A DNA stretch of 64,000 nucleotides from Patescibacteria group bacterium (GCA_038063455.1 JBBTVB010000002.1:257296-321295), one strand, 5' to 3'; counted from the stretch's first letter, positions 22,705 through 32,685 are shown. Numbers and translations: made by a program. Notes: a model not told the origin generated them from the sequence alone.

Positions 22705-23979
22705 ATGGCCATTAACCCGTTTGCCAGCGCCATGCAGCAGCTCAAGAAAGCCGCGGCCGTGGCCAAGCTCAACCCGCAACTGCTGGAGTCACTCCAAAAA
22801 CCGCAGCGAATTTTGGAAGCCGCCCTCTCTATTACCATGGATGACGGTTCGACCAAAACCTTTAGCGCCTTCCGGGTGCAATACAACGATGCGCGCGGGC
22901 CGTTCAAAGGCGGCATTCGTTACTACCCCAAAGTGGATTTGAACGAGGTAAAAGCTTTGGCTTTCTGGATGACGATGAAGACTGGTGTGGTGGGCATTCC
23001 CATGGGCGGCGGCAAGGGCGGCATTGTGGTAGACGTGAAAAAACTTTCCGCTGGCGAAATTGAACGCTTGTCCCGCGCCTGGGTGCGTGCGTTTGCAAAA
23101 TACCTTGGGCCACGAACTGACGTTCCTGCGCCGGACGTCTACACCACGCCGCAAATTATGGGCTGGATGGTAGATGAGTACAGCCGCATCACCGGCAGCT
23201 GGGAACCGGCCGTATTCACGGGCAAGCCGCTGGCGATTGGCGGTTCACTCGGCCGCACCGAAGCCACCGGCTTTGGCGGGGCAATGATTTTTGAAGAGCT
23301 CGCCAAAAAACTCAAACTCAAAAAAGGTGCAACCATTGCCGTCCAAGGCTTTGGCAACGTGGGCTACTACATTGCCGAGAAGCTGCACGACCTGGGCTAT
23401 AAGATTATCGCCCTGTCCGACTCCAAAGGCGGCATCCTGGATATCCGCGGTAAGGGTATGGACCCACGCAACGTGCTGCACAGCAAACAGGAGAAGGGCG
23501 TAATCGACGGGTGCTACTGCATTGGCTCGGTGTGCGACTGTGAGAATTACAAGCAGATTACCAACGAGCAACTCTTGCAGCTCAAGGTTGATATACTCAT
23601 CCCGGCTGCTTTGGAAAATGTGATCACCGGCAAAAACGTGGGCAAGATTAAAGCCAAGGCAATTGTGGAAATGGCCAACGGCCCGCTCACGCCCGAAGCT
23701 GATGAAAAATTGTTCCGCCGCAAAATCCCGGTGGTGCCGGACATTCTAGCTAACGCCGGTGGTGTGACGGTGAGCTACTTTGAGTGGGCGCAGAACTTAA
23801 GTGGCGCGTACTGGACCAAAGCGGACGTCTTTAAAAAACTGCGCGAGGTTATGACCACCAGCTTTAACGACGTCTGGGCTGCGGCCGACAAGCACAAAGT
23901 CGACCTGCGCACGGGGGCCTACATCGTGGCCCTGAGACGCGTGGAAGAAGCCATGAAGGCGCGGGGATTGGTGAAATAA
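22705..23979 (+). CDS. gdhA: Glutamate dehydrogenase (Glu/Leu/Phe/Val dehydrogenase family)
   Basis: GPFKGGIRY, PMGGGKGGI and GFGNVG Rossmann motifs. Confidence 0.9.
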   Translation: MAINPFASAMQQLKKAAAVAKLNPQLLESLQKPQRILEAALSITMDDGSTKTFSAFRVQYNDARGPFKGGIRYYPKVDLNEVKALAFWMTMKTGVVGIPMGGGKGGIVVDVKKLSAGEIERLSRAWVRAFAKYLGPRTDVPAPDVYTTPQIMGWMVDEYSRITGSWEPAVFTGKPLAIGGSLGRTEATGFGGAMIFEELAKKLKLKKGATIAVQGFGNVGYYIAEKLHDLGYKIIALSDSKGGILDIRGKGMDPRNVLHSKQEKGVIDGCYCIGSVCDCENYKQITNEQLLQLKVDILIPAALENVITGKNVGKIKAKAIVEMANGPLTPEADEKLFRRKIPVVPDILANAGGVTVSYFEWAQNLSGAYWTKADVFKKLREVMTTSFNDVWAAADKHKVDLRTGAYIVALRRVEEAMKARGLVK

Positions 23980-23996
23980 CCCCACTGTCATCCCGA

Positions 23997-24057
23997 GTGC
24001 CAACGAGGGATCTCGCATTTTGGAATTCGAGATTCCTCCCTTACGGTCGGAATGACA
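23997..24057. repeat. Long imperfect palindrome (TGTCATCCCGAG...CGAGATTCCTC...TCGGAATGACA)
   Basis: Self-complementary arms seen directly. REP-like element after gdhA. Confidence 0.5.
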
Positions 24058-24111
24058 AAAGAAAAACCGTCCATTGCTGGGCGGCTTTAATAAAAATGCA
24101 CTATTTTGCTT

Positions 24112-24675
24112 CTAAGGAATCTCATTGAGTAACTTCCGGAAATACGGATTATCTCCCGACAAGCCACATTCCTCTATCGCTTGCTGAGGATTCAACACTC
24201 CTAAACGTATAGCAAGGACAAGGGCGAGTGCCTGGTTGGTCAGTGGGTCTGTGAATCCTGCAACCGCGAGGTACTTTGGCTGCTCGGCTTGCGAGATTCC
24301 TAACGTACTTAGCGATATCCCGAGTACAGTAGGTGATTGCGGATAGATCAGAATGCAATAGCAGATAGCATCGCTTGCTATTGTAAACGCTGAAGCTACT
24401 ACAGATGCGGTAGCCCTTTTACGGCGACACGCATTCAGCGTTTCTAAAGAAAGCATTTTTAGCCGGCTATTGTCCATGTCACCGATACGGAAAATTTGGC
24501 TACTAGTATGGAATTCGTTGCTCAATCGTACCATCACACCTGGGAATGCGTTGTTTGCATAGGCATCGAGTTCTGCCAAGGTGGCAAGCATAGGTTGCAA
24601 AAATTCCGTTACGTCTTTAAATGCAAAGTACTCCGGCTTTCTTGAGGCACAAAAAATGGGAATGTGCATATCCAT
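24112..24675 (-). CDS. Hypothetical protein (187 aa), orphan, AT-richer
   Basis: Strong SD AGGAGG 4 nt upstream of the ATG. Flanked by 23-nt direct repeats (24060-24082 and 24737-24759). Confidence 0.55.
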   Translation of the reverse strand: MDMHIPIFCASRKPEYFAFKDVTEFLQPMLATLAELDAYANNAFPGVMVRLSNEFHTSSQIFRIGDMDNSRLKMLSLETLNACRRKRATASVVASAFTIASDAICYCILIYPQSPTVLGISLSTLGISQAEQPKYLAVAGFTDPLTNQALALVLAIRLGVLNPQQAIEECGLSGDNPYFRKLLNEIP

Positions 24676-24835
24676 TTATCCTCCTGTTTATTTTAATTTT
24701 CATATGAGCATACACAAAAGATCCCATTATGTCAAGAGAAAAACCGTCCATTGCTGGGCAACTTTTGCATTGACAATGTAAAGGTAGAACTCTAGGGTGT
24801 AGCTACGTAAGGACATACAAAAAAGGAAAAATTCT

Positions 24836-25609
24836 ATGACACAAAGTCACATTTCCAAAGAACTCCAAGTGGCTATTGAAGCTTCTCGTCGTGCGGAAGA
24901 ATGTATCATGGGGTACTATCGCCATAACGTTACGGTGGAGAAAAAAGCCGACGCCACCCCGGTAACAATTGCCGATCGCGAAGCCGAAGCATTGATAAAA
25001 CACATCCTGCACGAACACTTTCCAAACTATGGTTTCCTGGGTGAAGAATCTGGCAAAACTTCAAGCGCGGGCACAAAAATCTGGATAGTTGACCCAATTG
25101 ACGGCACCAAAAATTTCATCCGGGGCATTCCACTCTTCGGTATTCTCATTGGCCTAATGGAAAATGGTGTATGCATAGTAGGGGTTTCAAATGTGCCGGG
25201 AATGCAGGATATCGTTTGGGGCCAGCGAGAAACCGGCGCCTTCTGGAATGGTGAACCAGTAAGGGTCTCGGACATCGAATCGCTATCAAAAAGTATGATT
25301 AGCCTTGGTGGCATAAAGCACCTTGAGAAACGGAACGATGGACAAGGACTCCAAAATCTTATACGGCAAGCTGCTCGTATCCGAGCCTTTGGTGATACGT
25401 ATCCCTATAACCTAGTGGCCAGCGGCCGACTGGAAGCCGTGGTCGAAATGGGCATCAAAATCTGGGACATTGCCGGGCCAGCGGCGGTTATTGAAGCGGC
25501 AGGTGGAAAATGCACAGACATTGAGGGCAGACCTATAACCGAAGAGACAACGACGATTATCGCTTCAAATGGAAAAATACACGATGAGATTGTAAAGATT
25601 CTAAGCTAA
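24836..25609 (+). CDS. Inositol monophosphatase family protein (copy 1)
   Basis: GEES...WIVDPIDGTKNF and WDIAG motifs. Confidence 0.85.
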   Translation: MTQSHISKELQVAIEASRRAEECIMGYYRHNVTVEKKADATPVTIADREAEALIKHILHEHFPNYGFLGEESGKTSSAGTKIWIVDPIDGTKNFIRGIPLFGILIGLMENGVCIVGVSNVPGMQDIVWGQRETGAFWNGEPVRVSDIESLSKSMISLGGIKHLEKRNDGQGLQNLIRQAARIRAFGDTYPYNLVASGRLEAVVEMGIKIWDIAGPAAVIEAAGGKCTDIEGRPITEETTTIIASNGKIHDEIVKILS

Positions 25610-25638
25610 TCCTTCACAAGGATTACTAGATCTAAAGA

Positions 25639-25677
25639 AAAACCGTCCAAATTTCTTGGACGGTTTTAACTTTTTTT
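25639..25677. terminator. Bidirectional intrinsic terminator
   Basis: AAAACCGTCCA aatttct TGGACGGTTTT flanked by an A-run and a T-run. Confidence 0.8.
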
Positions 25678-25691
25678 GGCAGTAAAACTTC

Positions 25692-25889
25692 TTACTGGCG
25701 GTGTCGGTTTCTGCGCTTCAGACCGCAATTACGAACACGGTCGGTGGCACGCCGCCTATGTGCATGATTGGTCGCATGGGGCCGACCTGTGTACACAACT
25801 ACATTCGGTACTTCAGCCTCTTCAATGTCTAACGTTTGCGTGGATGGTACGACGGGCGCGCCTTTTGTTTTTCCTGGCTCAACAGGCAT
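25692..25889 (-). CDS. Candidate small protein (65 aa, strongly basic C-terminus)
   Basis: SD AAGGGAGGTG lies 6 nt upstream of the ATG. The ORF ends just before the bidirectional terminator. No family recognised. Confidence 0.4.
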   Translation of the reverse strand: MPVEPGKTKGAPVVPSTQTLDIEEAEVPNVVVYTGRPHATNHAHRRRATDRVRNCGLKRRNRHRQ

Positions 25890-25975
25890 GTATACACCTC
25901 CCTTAGGTAAAACTCATTGTTACTTCAAGTGTACTCCCAGTTTCCATCAGGGGTCAATTTCGATACACTGTAAGC

Positions 25976-26974
25976 ATGACTGAACTCCATACCATTGCAA
26001 CGCAACTCCTGGCCGACCACAAAGGTTTACTCGCTGCGGACGAAAGCGTGAACACGGCCGGCAAACGGCTGGAGAGTATTCATTTGGAAAACACGGAGGG
26101 GAACCGACGGCAATATCACGCCCTCTTTTTTACCACCCCAGGGATAGAGCAATACATGAGCGGAGTTATCCTGCCCGACGAGGCCATGCACCAAGCTGCG
26201 GATGATGGAACGTCGTTCGTCCAGCTGCTGCAGCAAAAAGGGATTATCCCCGGCATCAAAGTCGACATGGGCGCCCACCCGATGCCTGACTCGCCCGAAG
26301 AAAAAATGACGGATGGGTTAGACGGGCTGGATACTCGCCTGGCCGACTACTACGCCCGTGGTGCGCGCTTTGCTAAGTGGCGCGCGGTCATTACGATTGG
26401 CAAAGGCATCCCCACTGACCACTGCCTACTAGAAAATGCCAAAGCCTTGGCCGAGTATGCCATGCTCTGCCAGAAAAACGGCATTGTACCAGTGGTCGAA
26501 CCCGAAGTGTTAATTGACGGTGACCATGACTTGGCCAAGAGTAAGGCGGTAACTACCAAAACCTTACAGGTGCTTTTCCAAGAACTCATTGCCCGAGATG
26601 TAGATCTTACCGGGGTAATCCTAAAATCCAGCATGGTCATTAGCGGGAACGCCTGCTCCACCCAGGCAACCGCGGCACAAATCGCAGATGCGACTATCCG
26701 CTGCTTCAAAAAATCCGTGCCTGCAGAAGTCCCGGGCATTGTCTTCCTGTCCGGCGGGCAAAGCGCAACGCAAGCCACGGAAAACTTGAACGCAATTGCC
26801 AAAGCGAACACTGGCCCGTGGACCATAAGCTTTTCGTACGCGCGGGCACTGCAAGAATCAGCCCTAGAAATCTGGCGAGGCAAGGCGGAAAATGTACCTG
26901 CTGCGCAAGCCGAATTTATCAAACGCCTGCAGGCCAACGTTGCGGCGAATCAGGGTCTGTACGTGGGCCAGTAA
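25976..26974 (+). CDS. fba: Fructose-bisphosphate aldolase, class I
   Basis: LLAADES..., class I aldolase pattern with the Schiff-base Lys context VILKSSMV. Confidence 0.9.
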   Translation: MTELHTIATQLLADHKGLLAADESVNTAGKRLESIHLENTEGNRRQYHALFFTTPGIEQYMSGVILPDEAMHQAADDGTSFVQLLQQKGIIPGIKVDMGAHPMPDSPEEKMTDGLDGLDTRLADYYARGARFAKWRAVITIGKGIPTDHCLLENAKALAEYAMLCQKNGIVPVVEPEVLIDGDHDLAKSKAVTTKTLQVLFQELIARDVDLTGVILKSSMVISGNACSTQATAAQIADATIRCFKKSVPAEVPGIVFLSGGQSATQATENLNAIAKANTGPWTISFSYARALQESALEIWRGKAENVPAAQAEFIKRLQANVAANQGLYVGQ

Positions 26975-27047
26975 TACGTTTGACGTTCACCAACCAATTG
27001 TCTAGGATTGCGGCAACCCTAGTACTTTGAAATTGGAGGAATACCAC

Positions 27048-27566
27048 ATGAAACGGAATATCAACATTCCGAACCTGCTCTCAACCCTGCGGATGCTGGC
27101 GGCCTTGCCTATCTGGCTGTTGCTCACCGCCAACCAACCAGGGTGGGCATTCTGCGTGTACCTAGGTGCGCTAGCCACAGACTTTCTAGATGGCTGGATT
27201 GCAGCGCACTACAACCAGGGCACAAAACTGGGAATGCTCCTCGACCCCTGGGCCGACAAAGTGTTGCACGTCACGGTGATGTTGCTATTCCTGGAAAAAT
27301 ATCCGCAACTGGAATTGCAGATCTACATTAGTATTGCACTGGCAATGGTCCTGGTCGGCTTAGCAAGCGCAAAGTTGTACTTCCGCGTCAAACGCCAGCT
27401 TGGCGCCAATGGGTTCGGCAAGATCAAAATGTGCTGCGAGGGCTTTGCAATTATTGCTCTTTTTCTTGGCTACGTTACTACCGGTGGCATACTCCTGTGG
27501 GCCTCAATCGCTTTTGCCGTGCTGAGCATTGTTACCCACCTGCTCATTCGTGAACCATCGTACTAA
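27048..27566 (+). CDS. CDP-alcohol phosphatidyltransferase family protein
   Basis: DFLDGWIAA...GTKLGMLLDPWADK = Dx2DGx2AR...Gx3Dx3D motif. GGAGGA SD before the ATG at 27048. Confidence 0.8.
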   Translation: MKRNINIPNLLSTLRMLAALPIWLLLTANQPGWAFCVYLGALATDFLDGWIAAHYNQGTKLGMLLDPWADKVLHVTVMLLFLEKYPQLELQIYISIALAMVLVGLASAKLYFRVKRQLGANGFGKIKMCCEGFAIIALFLGYVTTGGILLWASIAFAVLSIVTHLLIREPSY

Positions 27567-27599
27567 ACCAACAACGACTTCCCTACAAGGAAGTCGTCT

Positions 27600-28139
27600 T
27601 TATTTTACGGCCAGACCCTGCGCCATCAGGGTCACTTTGCGCTCGCGATCGTGGTCCAGCTCGATAAGCATGATCTGCTGCCAGTGACCTTTCACCAGTT
27701 TGCCGTTTTCAATAATCATGGTTACCGAGCAGGGTAAAATCATCGCCTGCGCGTGCGCGTGGCCGTTGATGCACTCGTGAATCACGCCGCAAATATCTGG
27801 CTCGCACAAATGCGTGTCGCGTTTGCCTTTGGGATTGTTCGCATCGCGGATGTCGTTGTGGCCATACTCTTCTTCCGGGTCGGCAAACCTATCCAGCACG
27901 CGCGCGAGATCGTTAACGTAACCTAACTTTTCCTTGGGGCCAATCAAATTCTTCTCATCCTCGTTGACCCAAATACTCGCTGTGGTGTGGTGTGACTGGA
28001 TGGTGATGGTGCCGGTCTGCACACCGCTCTCCGCAATAAAAGCATCCACCTGCGGAGTGATGGTAATAAATTCCTGACGGTGTTTCGTCTGGAAGGTAAG
28101 GGTTTTCGTGGCAGCCGTTGGCGTGAGTGCGTTCGACAT
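27600..28139 (-). CDS. YjbQ/UPF0047 family protein
   Basis: SHHTTASIWVNE and NGHAH motifs. Confidence 0.75.
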   Translation of the reverse strand: MSNALTPTAATKTLTFQTKHRQEFITITPQVDAFIAESGVQTGTITIQSHHTTASIWVNEDEKNLIGPKEKLGYVNDLARVLDRFADPEEEYGHNDIRDANNPKGKRDTHLCEPDICGVIHECINGHAHAQAMILPCSVTMIIENGKLVKGHWQQIMLIELDHDRERKVTLMAQGLAVK

Positions 28140-28142
28140 AAG

Positions 28143-28202
28143 GTAGGTGCAGAGCTTGCTCTGCTGGGCTATAGTTTAGAGGCGAGCAAGCTCGCCACCT
28201 AC
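28143..28202. repeat. REP/BIME-like element (same family as 8436-8493)
   Basis: GTAGGTGCAGAGCTTGCTCTGC ... GGCGAGCAAGCTCGCCACCTAC. Confidence 0.7.
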
Positions 28203-28231
28203 GGACATAATCCTGATACTACCAAATACCT

Positions 28232-28624
28232 ATGGATCCGCAAGTATTCCTCAATCCGAACTTCCGCTACGCCGTCGTTGGTGCAACAATAAACGAAGCG
28301 AAATACGGCTACCGTGTGTTGCAGGATTTGCATGGCGCGGGCTGGACAGTGGTGGGCGTGAATCCAAAGTACACCGAGGTGGCGGGCATACCCTGCTTTC
28401 CGAACTTGGGCGCACTACCGTGGAAGCCGGATGTTGTAGTGTCTGTTGTCCCGCCCGAAGTCGGTGATGAGATTTTGACCCAAGCCAAAGCCCTGTCCAT
28501 AACCCGCATGTGGTTCCAGCCCGGCGCCGAGTCGGACAAGATAATGATGCATGCTACTCGTTTGGGCATTACTACCAACGACCCGGGAACATGCATTATG
28601 GTGGCGCGGCGGTTGATGGCCTAA
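28232..28624 (+). CDS. CoA-binding domain protein (YccU/YneT-like)
   Basis: AVVGATINEAKYGYRV...GVNPKY pattern. The last 9 codons lie inside the 27-nt repeat. Confidence 0.8.
   Translation: MDPQVFLNPNFRYAVVGATINEAKYGYRVLQDLHGAGWTVVGVNPKYTEVAGIPCFPNLGALPWKPDVVVSVVPPEVGDEILTQAKALSITRMWFQPGAESDKIMMHATRLGITTNDPGTCIMVARRLMA
28592..28618 (+). repeat. 27-nt perfect direct repeat, copy 1 (flanks purL)
   Basis: TGCATTATGGTGGCGCGGCGGTTGATG, identical to 32659-32685. Confidence 0.9.
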
Positions 28625-28696
28625 GCACCTACTTTTAGGCAAAAGAAAACCCCGAACAAAATTGTTCGAGGTTTGTATGAAACAACAATTCTCCTT

Positions 28697-31600
28697 TTAT
28701 CTTTGGCACCAATCGTACGCATTCTGGAAAAATCGAAGCCAAGGGCTTGCCGGAAGCTGTTGCCACGCTTCCGGAATCCAAGGCTGCTGCCAGGCCAAAA
28801 AGGTGCGTTCAGGGTGCGGCATCATGGCCAAGTGCCGGCCATCAGGTGAGCACAGGGCGGTAATTCCTTGCGGACTCCCGTTCGGGTTAAACGGATAGAG
28901 CTCTGTACACTTACCATCTATATCAACGAAACGCATAGGCGCAAGGTGCTGCGTTACCAGCCGATCTAGCAACGCATTATCAATGCTATGCAGCCGACCT
29001 TCACCGTGAGAAGACCATACCCCAAGCGTTGAACCAGCCATGCCCGTAAGCATAATGGCTGGGGTCTCTTGGATCTGGACGGTTGAAAAACGAGATTCAA
29101 ATCGGCCAGAGATATTCCTGATGAACCTCGGTTGCATTTTCAGATCCTGGATATCGCCAGGAACCCAACCCAAGATAGTCATAAGCTGGCAGCCATTACA
29201 TACACCGAGCGAAAAAGTATCTGGGCGATTTCGAAACCGCGCAAACATTTTTGCCAGATGCTCATTGAAACGGATAACCCCGGCCCAACCTTTGCCTGCA
29301 TCAAGTACGTCGGCGAAAGAAAACCCACCAACAAATGCAAGACCCCGGAAATCATCCAAAGTCACCTCGCCATTCAGCAGGTCCGTCATATTCACGTCGT
29401 GAGCCTCAAAGCCTGCACTCATGAATGCTGCGGCCATCTCCCGGTCACCGTTGCTCCCCTGTTCACGGATAATCGCTACTTTCGGCTTCATGGAAGCCTT
29501 AAGAATAGCGTCTGCCGTGCGTTCAGGCACAAAGGTAAGTAACCGCGGTGGAGGCGTGACGATATTGAAGCTTCGTGTTTCGGCATCAACACAGTCAGGA
29601 TTCGCCTGCAGGCAATCAATGCGGCTAGAGGTTTCTTCCCAGATACCTCGCAACGTTACCATGCGTTCATTGAGCATGAGTTCCCCATTAAGAAACGCCG
29701 TAACATCGCCATCGTCCGTTACCCAACCAATGTGTTGGTGAGGAACGCTGTGTCTATGAAGGATTGCCGAAACTGCTGCCCCATCCGCGCACGCTAGTAC
29801 CAAGCCTGGCCCTTCATGAAAGAAGGTGGTGAGTGGATCTTCATCACTTTGCATGACGATGTTCACACCAACATTCCCGGCAAATGCCATTTCGAGCACG
29901 GCGGTAATCAGCCCACCATCACTTCGGTCATGGACAGAAGCAATAAGGCCTAATTGCACCAACTCTTGTACAGCATTGAACGTGCGAGCTAAGAGCCCAA
30001 CACTCTGAAGGTCAGGAAATTCGCTACCAACTTGTCCGTACACCTGGGCAAGCGCCGAACCACCCAAACCAAAAAATGGCCGTTCGTCAGCCAAGTCAAT
30101 AAAGAGTAATTCATTCTTAGTACTCTTCAAGTCTGGCGTGACTTTTTGTCTAATATCATCCATTGGCGCATAGGCAGCAAGCACAAGCTGGCCCGGCGCT
30201 TTCACGACATGGGGTTTTCCATCAGGACCAATTGCCTTGGCAGCCATAGACAAACTGTCTTTGCCGCCGTCAATGGCTATCCCGAGCTCAATTAATATGT
30301 CGCGCAAGGCACACGCCGCATCATACAGCCACGCGCCTTCGCCTGGCTCCTTCGCCGCGAGCATCCAATTGGCGGACAATTTAATGTCTGCCAAGCTGGT
30401 AATCTTAGCGCCAACCAAGTTCAGCAGCATTTCGCTAACTGCCAGTCGGGCCATGGCTTGCGGCGAAAGCAATCCTTTTATTGGTTGCTCACCAAGACTC
30501 TTCGCCGTACCGGTGAGACCAAAATAGCTATGGGCTTCAATGGCGTAATCGGCTAGGGTCAGCTGGTTTGGGCCCACACACTGTTGCTGGGCAACCAAGC
30601 CAGTCACGCTCCTATCTACTTTTGTGGTCAGAAAACGTTTTGAACCAACAGACACTAAACGTAAGACGCGCTCAAGGGCATCCCGAACGGTCAAGCTTGC
30701 TGGCAACTGTAACACTTCACGTTGAGGTTGGCGCCGCTCCAGCTGAAACGTCTTTTGCGGCAACTGCCCTAACACTCTATCAAGTGGCAAGTGCACCGGG
30801 GTGGTTCCGTCATTCTCGTCATGGAGAACCAGGCAGCCGTCACCAGTCACCTGGCCCACAATAGCGCAGGGCACGTCTTCACGGCTGCAGACTTCTTGCA
30901 GTTGATCAACGTGTTCGGGCCGCACGAGCAAGGCATTCCGCTCTTGCGACTCGTTGCACCAAATTTCCAACACGGACAAGGTCTGGTCACCAACCGGGAG
31001 CTGACGCAAATGTATGCGTGCCCCGGCCGGCTCAACAATTTCTGGCAGGGCATTACAATCGCCTCCCGCGCCAAGGTCATGGATAGTAACAATCGGGTTG
31101 CCGCTATCCATCTCCACACACGCTCGAACAACGCGGTTCACTCGTTGGGCCAGCTGTGGCGCGCCACGCTGAACCGCATTGAAATCCAGTTCAGCCGTGT
31201 TATCACCTTGGACCATCGAACTCGCTGCGCCGCCACCCAGACCAATGCGGTACGCTGGACCGCCGATCTGCACAACCAGCATACCGGTTTCGGGTTTGCC
31301 CTTGGTCGTATGCAGGTCGTTGATAAGACCAGTGCCCACCGAATACATAACTGGTTTAAACCAACTGCGGTAACCATCGGGTAAATCCATACCAAACGAT
31401 CGGGTAAAACCGTAGATGACAGGCTCGCCAAAACAATTTCCGTAATCTGACGCTCCGTTTGATGCCTGGATAAGGATATCAACCGGCGCAGCAAGATTGG
31501 AGGGGTACTTCCAACCATCCTGCTCCCAAGGTAGTACGTAGTCGGGAAGGTGAAGGTTGCCAACGCAATAAGCAACTCCGGCAGTGACCACCAAACCGCC

Positions 31601-32539
31601 GCGACCGACTGCCTGGTTGTCGCGGATGCGGCCGCCGGTTCCGGTGGCAGCGCCTGGATTGGGTGCAACACCCGAAGGGAAATTGTGCGTTTCCGCAGTG
31701 AGGGTTAGGTGATACGTTCGCCATTCCACCTGAAACGCACCCGGTTGTCCTGGGCACATCGGCAAAAGGGAAAACATGCTGTAACCGCGGATGGCTGAAC
31801 TATCATCACAAAAAGCAATCAAAGAGTTCCCAGGGTTATTTCTCCATGGCATTTTCACAATCTCCATAAGCGTCTCTGGCTGTACTCGATTGTCAATGAC
31901 GAGTTGGCCTTTGAAAAAACCATGGCGGGAATGTTCGGAGTTCGCCTGGCCCAGCTGGCATAGTTCAACGTCAGTTGGGTTGCGCTTTAGGACATTGGTG
32001 AAAAGGTCGCAGTACATTGCAATATCCTGGCTGTCCATCCCTAAACCACGCCGCTGGTTAAACACAGTTAACGCGTCTACACCTTCTTCAAGCAGCGGAA
32101 TAATCTGGATTGGCTCAATGACTCTGCTGGTCATGAAGCTTTCGGGTTGCATCACGTAGCGCATTTCTGTCATGCGATCGTGATGAGTCGCCACAAATGC
32201 CTCGACATCATCAGCAACCAGGCGCGCTGCAAAACCGTATCGCCTGGATCGTTCCAGACGCACAATTTTATGCAATCCACAGGCATGGCAAATTGATACC
32301 GCAGTGGAAGACCACGCAGTTTCAAAATTGAGCCGGGGGCCGATTTCGATAATTGTCGGTGCGTCGGCCAAAAATGAATTCTGGTCCAACTTTTCCAGTT
32401 CGTACGTCTCGCCCAGTAACCAGCGCAACAGCGTACATTCCGTCGTCGTAAGCTCGGCAGCTAGCTGGATGTAGTAACACCATTCTGATGCCACACCTAA
32501 GGGGGCGGCAGGGATTGATTTTCGGTACATTCGTAACAT
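28697..32539 (-). CDS. purL: Phosphoribosylformylglycinamidine synthase, single-chain large PurL
   Basis: 1280 aa with N-terminal, AIR-synthase-like repeat and C-terminal glutamine amidotransferase (GVCNGCQ) regions. SD AAAGGAGAAAG. Terminator at about 28650-28680. Confidence 0.95.
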   Translation of the reverse strand: MLRMYRKSIPAAPLGVASEWCYYIQLAAELTTTECTLLRWLLGETYELEKLDQNSFLADAPTIIEIGPRLNFETAWSSTAVSICHACGLHKIVRLERSRRYGFAARLVADDVEAFVATHHDRMTEMRYVMQPESFMTSRVIEPIQIIPLLEEGVDALTVFNQRRGLGMDSQDIAMYCDLFTNVLKRNPTDVELCQLGQANSEHSRHGFFKGQLVIDNRVQPETLMEIVKMPWRNNPGNSLIAFCDDSSAIRGYSMFSLLPMCPGQPGAFQVEWRTYHLTLTAETHNFPSGVAPNPGAATGTGGRIRDNQAVGRGGLVVTAGVAYCVGNLHLPDYVLPWEQDGWKYPSNLAAPVDILIQASNGASDYGNCFGEPVIYGFTRSFGMDLPDGYRSWFKPVMYSVGTGLINDLHTTKGKPETGMLVVQIGGPAYRIGLGGGAASSMVQGDNTAELDFNAVQRGAPQLAQRVNRVVRACVEMDSGNPIVTIHDLGAGGDCNALPEIVEPAGARIHLRQLPVGDQTLSVLEIWCNESQERNALLVRPEHVDQLQEVCSREDVPCAIVGQVTGDGCLVLHDENDGTTPVHLPLDRVLGQLPQKTFQLERRQPQREVLQLPASLTVRDALERVLRLVSVGSKRFLTTKVDRSVTGLVAQQQCVGPNQLTLADYAIEAHSYFGLTGTAKSLGEQPIKGLLSPQAMARLAVSEMLLNLVGAKITSLADIKLSANWMLAAKEPGEGAWLYDAACALRDILIELGIAIDGGKDSLSMAAKAIGPDGKPHVVKAPGQLVLAAYAPMDDIRQKVTPDLKSTKNELLFIDLADERPFFGLGGSALAQVYGQVGSEFPDLQSVGLLARTFNAVQELVQLGLIASVHDRSDGGLITAVLEMAFAGNVGVNIVMQSDEDPLTTFFHEGPGLVLACADGAAVSAILHRHSVPHQHIGWVTDDGDVTAFLNGELMLNERMVTLRGIWEETSSRIDCLQANPDCVDAETRSFNIVTPPPRLLTFVPERTADAILKASMKPKVAIIREQGSNGDREMAAAFMSAGFEAHDVNMTDLLNGEVTLDDFRGLAFVGGFSFADVLDAGKGWAGVIRFNEHLAKMFARFRNRPDTFSLGVCNGCQLMTILGWVPGDIQDLKMQPRFIRNISGRFESRFSTVQIQETPAIMLTGMAGSTLGVWSSHGEGRLHSIDNALLDRLVTQHLAPMRFVDIDGKCTELYPFNPNGSPQGITALCSPDGRHLAMMPHPERTFLAWQQPWIPEAWQQLPASPWLRFFQNAYDWCQR

Positions 32540-32658
32540 TTCTCTTTCTCCTTTCGAATTTTCAATCTACAATTTCAACTTTTTTTGATTGTTCACCTTA
32601 CCACCACCCAAAGTTGACTGTCAATGAAAAAATCTAACAAAAAGTGAATGAAAGTTTC

Positions 32659-32685
32659 TGCATTATGGTGGCGCGGCGGTTGATG
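32659..32685 (+). repeat. 27-nt perfect direct repeat, copy 2
   Basis: Identical to 28592-28618. Read in the CoA-binding frame it gives CIMVARRLMQK-stop. Confidence 0.9.
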
